The notes below the pieces were generated by a model. It ran no database searches. It was not told the DNA's origin and saw only the letters and a program-made list of their open reading frames with translations. The translations under genes and the position numbers were made by a program. From contig NC_086097.1 of the NCBI RefSeq assembly GCF_963921235.1, positions 158,598,001-158,662,000 on the forward strand: DNA of 64,000 bases. Reading direction: 5' to 3'. Source of the DNA: Mobula hypostoma (taxonomy: Eukaryota). Within the stretch, counting starts at the first letter, position 1. Each line of letters starts with the position of its first letter. Shown here piece after piece: positions 12,821-24,562 of this stretch.

Positions 12821-14314
12821 CTCTTTTGGGAGAGAAACTGAATTAACACTTTAGAACAATGACCTTTCAGCAGACTTTGTGGCCGGTTGCCTTTCCCATG
12901 TTGATAATTCCTCCTCTGATTTTACACAGTATTCTTCATATTCCTTGTTTCTAATTACAGCAGGTGGACATTCTAAACATGTGAATTACTTTTCAACAAA
13001 GTAAAAGGGTATATTAATTTTCATATGAAATGAGGGTATCATAGGAATTTTTTCTTACTACTGCATATTTTGATGATGACCATTTCCAAGAGGCTTTTTT
13101 GAGTCACAGATATTGAGACCAAGGCTATCTGCTGTGCGCACATTTGTGAATTCTGTTCCAATGGCCCATTTACCTAAGGTGCAGGTTCATGGGTTATTGA
13201 AAAAATGTCATTCCATTAATAAAATTATGGTGAAGGACTCTGCCAGTGACCAGTTGTACAACATTCATGGCTTTCGAACAACCAATATGGTTCTGGCAGA
13301 CTTAATTTATTCAAATCCTTCTGATTAGCTGGTTGATTCCCCATGGAAAACAATGGATTCTTCTGGTTGAATGCTAACAAGGTTATTGATCAACAAAAGA
13401 GTCATCAAGGTTATCAGAAGGTCCATTTCCAGAGATGCTTCTGATAAATATATTATCTTGAAATTTACAAATGTCTTGTCCTATTAAACCATCTGAAAGC
13501 AAACAGGAACAGTGAACTCCTTTTGAAGGACAGGCAGCATCTGTGAAGGGAGAAGCTCCGTTATCCTTTCATGTCAGCACTGACTGGTCATCTACCTGAA
13601 ACAATAATGTTATTTCATTCATTTTTTCAGCATTCTCTAATTTTATTTCAAATTAGCAGAGTCTTTTTTTTTGCCTTTAAAATTCCTTTTGTAACTTTTC
13701 TCAGGCATCAGCATTAATGTGAAAATAGCAGTAAAGGTTTTCTTTTCCATCCAGTGTTGACCAAGGTAATGGTAGATGGCTCTTTGTCTACACCTGTTGC
13801 ATACACTTGACTATCAGCAGTTTGTAAGCAGCTGATTTTTCAATTCCACCTAACGGTCAAAAAGATTAAAAGTTTCATGCAAGGAGCAAAAAAACAGTTC
13901 ATAATTCCATGGGGAAAACATTTGATCATTTTACCCTAGTTATTTCAGTCCTCATGTTCATGTGTAGACCAGGCTATGATAATCACACCTCCTGAATGAT
14001 TTCCTGTACATTGTGATGCGCAAAGGATTGCCCAGTGCCTACTTTGGTTATCCCTCTTCCGAGTGTGCATTGTTGTCTGTTGATCCCACTTCCCGCAAAT
14101 TTCTTCTCTTAATCCCAGTCAAAACAATATTACTTCTTCTGGTTTCAAAACAATTGTTATGGAAGGACGAACACAGGCAAACTTCATTCACTAGCTTTGT
14201 GCACAAAAGCATGCTGGGCTGAAGCATAAAGGAAGTCTATCTTGATGAGGTGTTGAAGGGCTGTGACAACTTTTGGACTGTAGCCTTGTTTTTATTGGTG
14301 ACCTTCTTCTAGAG

Positions 14315-14358
14315 CAGGAGTTAAATAAGGTCTATAGACCCCAGGTTGCGAACCCCTG
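14315..14358. mobile_element. 44-bp internally deleted hAT (Charlie-like) MITE
   Basis: Ends CAGGAGTT...AACCCCTG; 8-bp TSD TTCTAGAG/TTCCAGAG (14307-14314, 14359-14366). Confidence 0.65.
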
Positions 14359-15329
14359 TTCCAGAGAAACACGCTCAGTTTATTCAATCTTTCCTGACAG
14401 GAGGGGGGAAATATGAATTTTGGAGTCTTAGAATTTTAAATCATATCAGCAAGCCAATTCAACCTATTGTTATTTTACTAAGTTCCTTTAAGAATTGCCA
14501 GTATGTTCCTTTCTGTCCAGTAGAATTACATAATTTCCTCTTTTTAAGGAGAAACCCAATTTCCCTCTGAAAGTTATGTGAATATCTTTTCTTCTGCTGG
14601 ATATCATTAATACAGACAGACTTAAGTTTTCCAATTTTATATTTAGTTTAACTTTCTTGCTGACCTTAGCATTGAGGAAAATGAGCCCTTCTCTAAATCT
14701 TGTTGTCTTTGACCATTATTTTCTGCTTTGCTGATTTTCTTGCTTAGCTGGGTTTGCAAAAGAAGGGAGTGTGTAGATTTTTAATCTGTAGTATCCCATC
14801 AATTATACTGTGTCAGCTGTAGTGACAGGTCTGGGCAGGATAATTACCGCGAACACCAGGCAATGCAATCTGTCAGTTTAATTCAATTCTTTTTGTCTAT
14901 GACAGCTCCTCTGCCAAAATCGAACAAATATGCATGCTGTGCTTCTTTATATTTTTGGCTTAAAGTTATTTTGCATGTAATTCCCACTGCATTTGACTCT
15001 ATTACTTTACATATCTACGCTGCAAAACTGTCTTGACAAGGTAGATTGATTGTGCATTCCTCATCCCTCTATTCCACTCCTTTTGAAGTATTTCAACTGC
15101 AAAACAGAGGAACAAAGATTAAGAGACATTTCTGCGGGCCGCTTCTTCTCCCCTTTTCTTTCTCTCTACGGGTTGGGAGAATAATACCACAAATTTCAGG
15201 TCATGGTGAGCATAAATGCTGTAGAATAGATTGGAATAAGTGCAAACAAATTTCTGCTTTACATGTTCCAATTGGGTTATTTTATTTGATGTTCACATGA
15301 TTACCTACCTGCATTAGAGAAACTGAATG

Positions 15330-15875
15330 CATATCAGATGACGGCTTTGCAGAACACCTGAATTCAGCCACCAGGGTTGATGCTTCAGGTTTAGTGCTAC
15401 CCTACTTCACTATCCTGTTTACACTTTGACCTTTCTGTGTTCCTTCCTGCACAGTGAGGCACAATGTAGGTTACCTCATCTTCTGTCTGCATGCATTGCA
15501 ACCTTTCAGGATACAATACTGAATTTAGGTAACTCATTCTTTCTGTCTATATGAGAACTCGCATTTTTGCCTGTCATTATTTTGGCTCAGTTTTTCTTTC
15601 TGTATTAGCACAAGTTGGTTTAGTACCAACGTCTTGCTATTAGGAAAAAAAATTACACAAAGAAATACAATCTGATACTCTTCACTGCAGTATTAACTCC
15701 CCTATTGAAGATTTTCCCTTTGTTCTTCCCATCCCTCATCTACATTTTCTGCCTCTGAAGACTCTGCTGATTTCTCTCTTTGCTAGTTTTGAAGAAGGTT
15801 CTCAGTCCTGAAAGAATAATTCCATAAATTCTTCCTGACCTGCTGAGTGTTTCCAGCATTTTCTGTTTTTGTTTT
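15330..15875 (+). mobile_element. Old Penelope-like GIY-YIG and 3' end remnant
   Basis: 'tttgcagaacacctg', 'ctcatcttctgtctg' (LIF) and terminal 'cctgacctgctgagtgtttccagcattttctg'. Confidence 0.55.
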
Positions 15876-16699
15876 AGATTATTCAATTCTTCCTATTGGG
15901 TATAACATCGACTGATAATAATCTGCTAAATCTTTATTGTCCTTCCTCCAGCCTCTCTGTACTCCTTGTAAAATACGGGAACTAAAATAGTTAATGCAAC
16001 GTAATGTCTCTGCTGTTGAATTCTCTCCATCTGATAAATTCTACTGGAGCTTTGTTTCTTATTAAGGTTTATAATTATAATTTTATTTAAACTTATGGCT
16101 TGAAAGCCCTCTTCAGTCCTGTACCCTTTGAAGTTATTTCTCATGTAATTCTTTAAAGTTATCCTTGTGTAAATTCTTCTGCAATTGGGTCCATTATCTA
16201 TGCCACAAAACATAGAGTAGGTTTATTGTGTTGATCTCCTTACTCTTCCCTGACCAGCAGCATGTCATTTAGCTGCTCAAGCCCGTTCTCCATGAAAGGG
16301 TAGCCTGGCTGACTTGTATCTTAATTCTATCTTCTTGCTATGTCTTCATATCCCGAATATTCTTGTCTGGCATACAGCAGATGTGAAGTTGTTAGCTGAG
16401 CCAGATCCACGATCCCGGCTGACATTACAAACGCTTGTCTCCACATGGTTTGGAGAGTTATTTGCAGACAGATGTTAGCCGACCTCTGTTGTTTCCAGCA
16501 GGGTTATGCTAATATGCCGATCTATACAAATCCCATTTGTCTGCATTTATTCCACAACTCTTAAATGATATTACTGTTCCTGCCTCCATCATCTCCCCTG
16601 GCAGCTCACTGTACGAAAAATGGCTCTTTACTGCTGTGTGAAAAATTAATGCCTCAGATTTCCTCTAAATCTCATCCTTCTCACCTTAAAACAAAGTTG

Positions 16700-17235
16700 A
16701 TATTTATACCATCAGGTTGGAGGCTTTCCAGATGAAAAATGAAGTCGAGTAGAGGAGGCCATGGACTGATTTATGGGAAAGGGAAGTAGTATTGAAATGG
16801 GTGGCCATTAGGAAATCCTACCTTTTGTGTTAGACAGAGCAGAGGTGTTTGACAAAGTGGTCCCCTAATCTATGGCGGGTCTCACTAATGTAGAGAAGAG
16901 AGCAATGGATGCAGCAGATGACCCTGACAGATTCACAGGTGAAATGTTGCCTCACTCGGAAAGAGTGTTTGTGGCCTTGAATGGCGGTAAGGGAGGAGGT
17001 AAAGGGGCAGCTTTAGCACTTGTTTCATTTGTAGGGATAAGTGCCAGGACGGAAATCAGTGGGGAGGGACAAGTGGCAAGGGAGGCAAGTAAATTGCTAT
17101 CTCTATGAAAAGCGTATTTACTGCTCCCATGGTGTGGGGAGAGAAAGATGTGCTTAGTTATAGGATGCCGTTGTAAGTTTGCAGAAGTAATGGAGAATAA
17201 CATGCTGGATACAGAGACGTGCAGGGTGGTAGGTA
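16700..17235 (-). mobile_element. Penelope-like element fragment (linker and GIY-YIG region)
   Basis: Aligns by eye to 18605-19190 of the younger PLE; ORF 16952-17203 shares LQRHPITKHIF. Confidence 0.8.
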
Positions 17236-18169
17236 AATTTAATTGTGTGCTCAGTATAATATGCTGTACTTAAATAGCAGAAAATGCAATAACATACTGT
17301 CAAGTCAAATTTATCGTAATTTAACTATATACATATATATAATGTGTATAACCATATAATGTATATATAAACGAGACAACATTTCTCTGAACAAGGGTGT
17401 AAAGCACAGTAGAACACATAACACATGATAACTTATGAAGATAAGGATAAATATATGCTGGGTTTTGCTCACTATCTCACTTGGAATTGTTGAAAATTAC
17501 CCTCATAAGCATTGGTAAGTTACAGAACCTGGGCCTCTACCTTCCTCTGCAATTGGATCCTCGACTTCCTAACTGGAAGACCACAACCTGTGCAGGCTGG
17601 TGATAGCATCTCCTCATCGCTGACAATCAACACTGGTACACCTCAGAGGTGTGTGCTTAACCCACTGCTCTACTCTCTCTATACTCATGATTATGTGGCT
17701 AGGCATAGCTCAAATACCGTCTATAAATTTGCTGATGATACAACCATTGTTGGTAGAATCTCAGATGGTGACGAGAGGGCATACAGGCGTGAGATATGCC
17801 AACTAGTGGACTGGTGTTGCAGCAACAACCTAGCACTCAATGTCAATGAGATGAAAGAGCTGATTGTGGACTTCAGGAAGGGTAAGAAGAAGGAACACAT
17901 ACCAATCCTCATAGAGGGATCAGAAGTGGAGAGAGTGAACGGTTTCAAGTTCCTGGGTGTCAAGATCTCTGAGGATCTAACCTGGTCCCAATATATCGAT
18001 GCAGTTATGAAGAAGGCAAGACAGCGACTATACTTCATTAGGAGTTTGAAGAGATTTGGTATGTCAACAAATACACTCAAAAACTTCTATAGTTGTACTG
18101 TGGAGAGTATTCTAACAGGCTGCATCACTGTCTGATATGGGGAGGGGAGAGCTACTGCAGAGGGTTGTA

Positions 18170-19587
18170 GCACACACAAAATGCTGGTGGAACGCAGCAG
18201 GCCAGGCAGCATCTATAGGAAGAAGTACAGTCGACGTTTCGGGTCGAGACCCTTCGTCAGGACTAACGGAAAAAAGAGATAGAAAGAGATCTGAAAGTGG
18301 GAGGGGGAGGGGGAGGGGGAGACCCAAAATGATAGGAGAAGACAGGAGGGGGAGGGATGAAGCCAAGAGCTGGGAAGTTGATTGGCAAAAGGGATACAAG
18401 GCTGGAGAAGGGGGAGTATCATAGGATGGAAGGCCTTGGAAGAAAGAAAGTGGGAGGGGAGCACCAGAGGAAGATGGAGAACAGGCAAGGCGTTATTGTG
18501 AGAAAGAAAGAGAGAATAAACAAACAAATAAATAAATAAATAAATAAATAAGGGATGGGGTAAGAAGGGGAGGAGGGGCATTAACGGAAGTTAGAGAAAT
18601 CACCGTTCATGCCATCAGGTAGGAGGCTAACCAGACGGAATATAAGGTGTTGTTCCTCCAACCTGAGTGTGGCTTCATTTCGACAGTAGAGGAGGCCATG
18701 GATAGACATATCAGAATGGGAATGGGATGTGGAATTAAAATGTGTGGCCACTGGGAGATCCTGCTTTCTCTGGCGGACAGAGCGCAGGTGTTCAGTGAAG
18801 TGGTTTACCAATCTGCGTCAGGTCTCATTAATATATAGAAGGCTGCATCTGGAGCATCGGACACAGTATATCACACCAGCAGGCTCACAGATGAAGTGTC
18901 ACCTCACCTGGAAGGACTGTCTGGGGCCCTGAATGGTGGTGAGGGAGGAAGTGTAAGGGCAGGTGGAGCACTTGTTCCGCTTACAAGGATAAGTGCCAGG
19001 AGGGAGATCGATGGGAAGGGATGGGGGGACGAATGGACAAGGGAGTCACGTAGGGAGCGATCCCTGCGAAAAGCAGGAAGTGGGGGGAAGGAAAGATGTG
19101 CTTGGTGGTGGGATTCCATTGGAGATGGCAGAAGTTAGGGAGAATTATATGTTGGATATGGAGGCTGGTGGGATGGTAGGTGCAGACAAGAGGAACCCTA
19201 TCCCTAGTTGGGTGGTGGGAGGATTGGGTAAGAACAGATGTGCATGAAATGGGAGAGATACATTTGAGGGCGGAGTTGATGGTGTAGGAAGGGAAGCCTT
19301 CTTTCAAAAAAGGAAGACATCTCCTTCGTCCTGGAATGAAAAGCCTCATTCTGAGAGCAAATGTGGCAGAGACGGAGGAATTGAGAGAAGGGAATGGCAT
19401 TTTTACAGGTAACAGGGTGGGAAGAGGAATAATCCAGGTAGCTGCGAGAGTCTGTGAGCTTATAGTAGACATCAGTAGATAAGCTGTCTCCAGAGATAGA
19501 GACAGAGAGATTATGGAAGGGGAGAGAGGTGTCGGAAATGGACCAGATAAATTTGAGGGCAGGATGGAAGTTGGAGGCAAAGTTGAT
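18170..19587 (-). mobile_element. Penelope-like retroelement, 5'-truncated (RT C-terminus + GIY-YIG endonuclease + 3' terminal repeat)
   Basis: ORF 19204-19614 (NFHPALKF, TDVYYK, YLDYSSSHP, IPFSQFLR); ORF 18581-18811 (FTEHLRSV, PVATHFN, LEEQHLIFRL, PDGMN); 10-bp TSD GAGGGTTGTA at 18160-18169 and 19588-19597. Confidence 0.92.
18229..18264 (-). ncRNA. Minimal type I hammerhead ribozyme motif (PLE-associated)
   Basis: Minus strand AGUC-CUGACGA-A-GGGUC-UC-GACCC-GAAAC-GUC-GACU: core CUGANGA and GAAA, stem II, GUC cleavage triplet, stem I AGUC/GACU. Confidence 0.85.
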
Positions 19588-21254
19588 GAGGGTTGTAAGT
19601 TTAGTTGGCTCCATCTAGGGTACTAGTCTACAAATTACCCAGGACATCTTCAAGGAACGGTGTCTCAGAAAGGCAGTATCTATTATTAAGGACCTCCAGG
19701 ACCCAGGGCATGCCCTTTTCTCACTGTTACCATCAGGTAGGAAGTACAGAAGCCTGAAGGCACACACTCAGCGATTCAGGAACAACTTCTTTTTCTCTAC
19801 CATCCGATTCCTAAATGGACATTAAACCTTTGAACACTACCTCACTTTTTAATATATATATTCTGTTTTTTGCACTGTTAATCTATTCAAAATATGTATA
19901 CTGTAATTGATTACTTAGTTATTATTATTATTATTTTCTATATTTTCTGCTGCTGCTAAGTTAATGAATTTCATGACACATGCCGGTGATACTAAACCTG
20001 ATTCTGATTCTGATTCTGATGTCTCTTGAGTAAGTGTCAAAGTTTTCCCCTTTCCCAGCTATGATAACATTTTTGTTTCGATTATTTTAGTCGAAACTTC
20101 ATTTTTTATTTTAAATTCTTCAAATTATTACGGTGTTTACTTTGACTATATTGAAAGTACTGTCTTAAGAAGGATAAAGTACACGAAAAAACTTTGACGG
20201 ACTGGAGAGGTGAGGCATAGTTTCTTGCTAGCTATTTCAGCAGGTGGGGGGGTGGAGAGGACTTTATTTTTCTGGGCAATCCACATATTTCTGTCAGTGT
20301 AAGCAAATAACTTTACACCTGGCCCCAGAATGGTTTTGGCCAGCAAGATGTGTACAAGTTTTGTAAATGTGCAGTAATAAAATTATTTACTGTTGAAAAA
20401 ATTAGTGTCCAAAGTAATTCTTCACTGCATCTTTATTTAGTGAACAATTTCATGAAAACAAAGTACCTCTATTTGAATTTGGCTTTAATATGTTGTGAAG
20501 TTATAACATGGACTCTTTATCTCAAATGAAATTTCAGTTTCCTTATTTATTTCATAGACACTGCCAAAGTAATATGTAGTTATCTGTTGTCATACACGAA
20601 CAATACTCTCCATGATGTTATGCGCACTGTTGTTGCTTCCCTTTGGCTTGACTTTAAGAAAAAAATAATTAATGCTGTTGCATTCTTTTCTTAAATGTTG
20701 AAATCAAAAATAAGCAATTTAATTGCCTTATCATTATGCACCCTCAGATTTCTTGTTATCCAAAATTGATGTTCCATTACTTACTTAATTACGTAACATA
20801 GCTTCATCGTAATTTATGTTGTCAGGGAATGGTTAGCACATGAGAGCTCAGGTCATTGAGGCAAATGGTAGACTCTTGTTTAAGGGGAAGCTCAACAAGT
20901 CCATAAGGCAGAAAGCAAAAGAAGGATATGTCCATAAAGGGAGATGAAATAAGGTGGGATAGGACTCAGGAGGTGCCTGAATGTCGGCAGAGGGGAGATA
21001 AATCGAATGGCGTATTTCTTGCTCTTGTAAACCTTGGTCTGTGTGATGTACTGAAATAAATACAAGAAAAAACTGGCAAAATTCAGTCAGTTTATACCAT
21101 GGGATTATATTAAGCTTTTTTAGGAGAAGGTCATTTTTAATTTTATGTTTCAAAGGGCTTAGAAATGAGCTGAACAGTCATTCCTGAAGGATTTTGTGGG
21201 AATGTTATTACTTCTGCAGGAAGTAACTATTGCATTTTAGTGATTGGAAGCTAA

Positions 21255-22990
21255 CGAGTATTGATGTTCAAAAGTATCTGAATGTTCCTGCACATGAAGC
21301 ACCAAAAGCTTATGCACAGGTACAGGAAATAATTATGAAAACAGGTAGAATATTAGCCTCTATTGCAATGGCAGCAGTTGGACTACAAGAATAAAGTATC
21401 TTCCTGCAAGTATGTAGGGCTTTGGTGAGGCCACACTTGACCTGTTGAGCACAATTTTACTCCCCCTAGATAGAAAGAGGCAATGCAACATATTGTGGGT
21501 CTATTTGAGTGACTGCTAGAATAAGGGTATAAGGTTCCTTTTTAGAAGGAAGATTCATGAAGGGCCTATGCTTGGTAGAATTAAGCAATGAAATGAAAGA
21601 GCAGACCCAATCTTATCAGCTCTCCATTCTGCTTTGGAGCACTTAGACTTCAGGAAAACATTCTTCAGACTAATTATCAGTTACAGCTCAGCGTCCAGTA
21701 TTAGTCACCTACTTGGCCTCTGTAATTCCCCTCTGCAAATGGATCCTCGACTCCCTCATTGGAAGAACACAGTGCAGATCGGTAATAAGCTCTTTTTCTC
21801 GCTGACAATCAATACAGATGCTCCTCAGGATGCAGGCATAACCCACTGCTCTACTCTCTCTACTCTATGGGATGTGTGGCTAAACATAGTTCAAGCGGCA
21901 TCTGTACATTCACAGCTGACACCATGGTCATTGGTAAAATTGTAGAAGCCTACAAGGAGGCATACAGGAGTGAGATAGATCAGCTGCGACAACAACCTTA
22001 TACTCAACCCCTTCGTAAACTAAGAGATTGATTGCAGACCAGGAAAGGGAAGTCAGGAGAACATATAGCACTCCTCATTTTAGGGCCGGCCGTAGATAGG
22101 GTGAGCAGATTAATGTATCTGCGTGTCAACAGCACAGAGGATCTCTCCTGGGCCTAACATGTTGATACAGTCATGAGAAAAGGATGGCAGTAGCCCTACT
22201 TCGTTAAGAGTTTGTGGAGATTTTGTTTCTCACCAAAGAATTTTTGTAGATGTATGGTGAAGAGGCTCCAATGTACACAATCAGAAGAGGCTGTGTAGTG
22301 TTATAGACTCACAGGCCGACCTCTCCAACCATTGAGGACATCTTCTAGAAGTTGCTATCCATCATTAAAGACCTTACCATCTAGGGCATGCCTTCTCATT
22401 ACCTCCATCAGAGAGGAGGTAAAGGAGCCTTTTACACATTGGTTGAAGACCCACACTCAATAATTCAGGAACAGCTTCATCCCCTCCATCATTGCATTTT
22501 TAAATGCTCTTCAAACCCATGGACACTACACATCATTCTATTTTTATGTCCTCTTTATTTATTTTGTAATTTATGGTATCTTTATGTCTCAAAACACTCT
22601 CCTGTTGCAGCAAAGCAAAAAGATTCCTGTCATATAAAACAGTGATAATACATCTCATTCTGGTCATTTTGAAGAATTAATGGTGATTGCATTGTAACAT
22701 TAGAAATTGAAAGGGGGTTTTGACAGGTTGTCTTCCCTGGCTGGAGAGTGACAAAGCTAGTTAAAACAGCTATGGGACATGGAATTATCCATTTAAGATG
22801 CTTTTAGAGATAGTGAAAGTAATAGAGTGATACAGCTGAGACAGATTTGCTCACTCAATGTGATGAGAATTCTTTGAATTTTCTACTGCGGATAGCTGTG
22901 AATTCATTCAGTCTATCCAGGAAAGGAGAAAACAGATTTTAGACAGAAGGGAGGCCAGGTATATGGGGATTTAGTAGAAAATGCATTTGA
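21255..22990 (+). mobile_element. Degraded CR1 fragments (21255-21590, 22700-22990) flanking a degraded Rex1/Babar copy (21600-22660)
   Basis: 'tttggtgaggccacac' (LVRPH); 'acccactgctctactctctc'; tail 'ataatacatctcattctg'. Confidence 0.65.
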
Positions 22991-24562
22991 GCTCAAACAT
23001 TGATAAATATCCAGAACTAAGTTGGTTTTCTGCTATATCTTAAATTTTCAAGTGTATGAAAAATATCCTCAAAACAAGTGGGCAATTCCCTAGCCAGCAA
23101 TCCCAGCCTTCTCACTGCCATAATCCTGCAGTTTAAGCAGAACATTTTGCATATGGGTGTCTATGATGAGCTTTTGAACACAGTGACTCAATCAGATGAA
23201 TGTGAATTTGAAGACAGAAAGGTATGCCATTTTTTCCAAGTCACCTGTGGCCTGCCTGTAAAGAAAAAAACAGAAACACTGAAACTTCATTTCTATTCTT
23301 ATGCTATTTCTTGGAATACTAAAAGGCTATAGTTTATAATTCTAGTTCCTTCCCTCTTGCTTCTTGGAGCTAATTTGGTGAATTTTTTAACCAAATCAAC
23401 AATGATTGAATGGTGGAGCAAACACAATGGGTCAAATGGCCTATTTGTTCCTATATTCTTTGCATTTCTGGTCAGATACTAACTGCATTTTCATTGGCTT
23501 TGTAACTGTACTCGGCACAATGACAATAAAGTTGAATCTAATTTAATATCTTTTGATCTTAAAATAATAGTGAAGATCAAAATCTTCAAGCAACTTCAAA
23601 CAATATAGAATTAGAATGACTACAACTAACCTTTGCTTTGAGTTTGTTGAAAAGGCCAGGCTAATGCGGACTTGGCATGTGACTCAGTAAACTATTCCTT
23701 GCAGAAGTTTCTAACCATAATCAAAAGCTCATATCTTAGGAAGAAATGGGTATATCCAGATCATGAGGAGGGAGAAGAGAAGCATTTTTATTCAGTGACT
23801 CTTCTGGTTTGCTTGTGGAAGTGAACACGTTTGCAAGTTTATTGAAAATAAGATGTGTATTGATGTACCATTCTTCATCCTTGACAGTTTTGAGTTGAAA
23901 GTTAAATCTTGGAGTCATGTTTGATACCTTGGTGATGGGAAATAGCAGGTTTAATCTCCTATCCACATTTATTCCCTTATATTCTGGACATTTACCAAGG
24001 TCAGTGGCAGAGCCAAAGCTTGCTACTGTTACCGGTTAAAGGGCAGCAATCCAGCATCGGAGTGTTTAAAAATCCCAGTGCCTAGGCATCTGGCTTCGTC
24101 TTTAATTTGGAGTATAAGCAAGTGAGCAAGGCTTCTAAATTGTCATCAAGAGGGGCAACCAGAACTGTGGGTGCATTTAGGGTGAGGACATAGGTAGATC
24201 CAGATTACTTTCTTTTTAAATCTTTTTATTGAGTAAGTATACAAAAAAGGTAATCCATATAAACATTAATACAATGTTAAAGTATAATAAAATTCCAAAA
24301 GATAACAATACCAAAAAGAAAATACTACAAACAATGTAATTTAAGCATAAGAAACCAAGATAACATAATAGTATACTAGATTTTATATATATCAATGGAA
24401 AAAAAGAAAAAAAAACCCCCCCCAAAAAAAACCACCGTGCAACTAACTAAAAGCAAAGCAAAGCAATGGGCTAACTTGAAACCAAACAGAGTTAAACTTA
24501 AAATCACGTCCTCAATCCCGACCTCCATTAAAACAGTGAAAAAAGAACAAGAAGGGTAAATA

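Larger units (their letters stand above)
17500..20020 (+). mobile_element. Rex1/Babar-type LINE split by a Penelope insertion (17500-18169 and 19588-20020)
   Basis: ORF 17512-18135 ([18 protein letters not shown]); continues after 19597; tail cctgattctgattctgattctgat at 19997-20020. Confidence 0.9.

Noticed and set aside
12750..14358. Single 1.6-kb hAT element bounded by the two TIR-like ends
   Set aside because: Flanks do not form a TSD; the right end has its own 8-bp TSD as a 44-bp unit
23078..23332. Possible host exon (donor-like AAG|GTATGC, acceptor-like on the minus strand)
   Set aside because: No recognisable protein and no consistent partner exons
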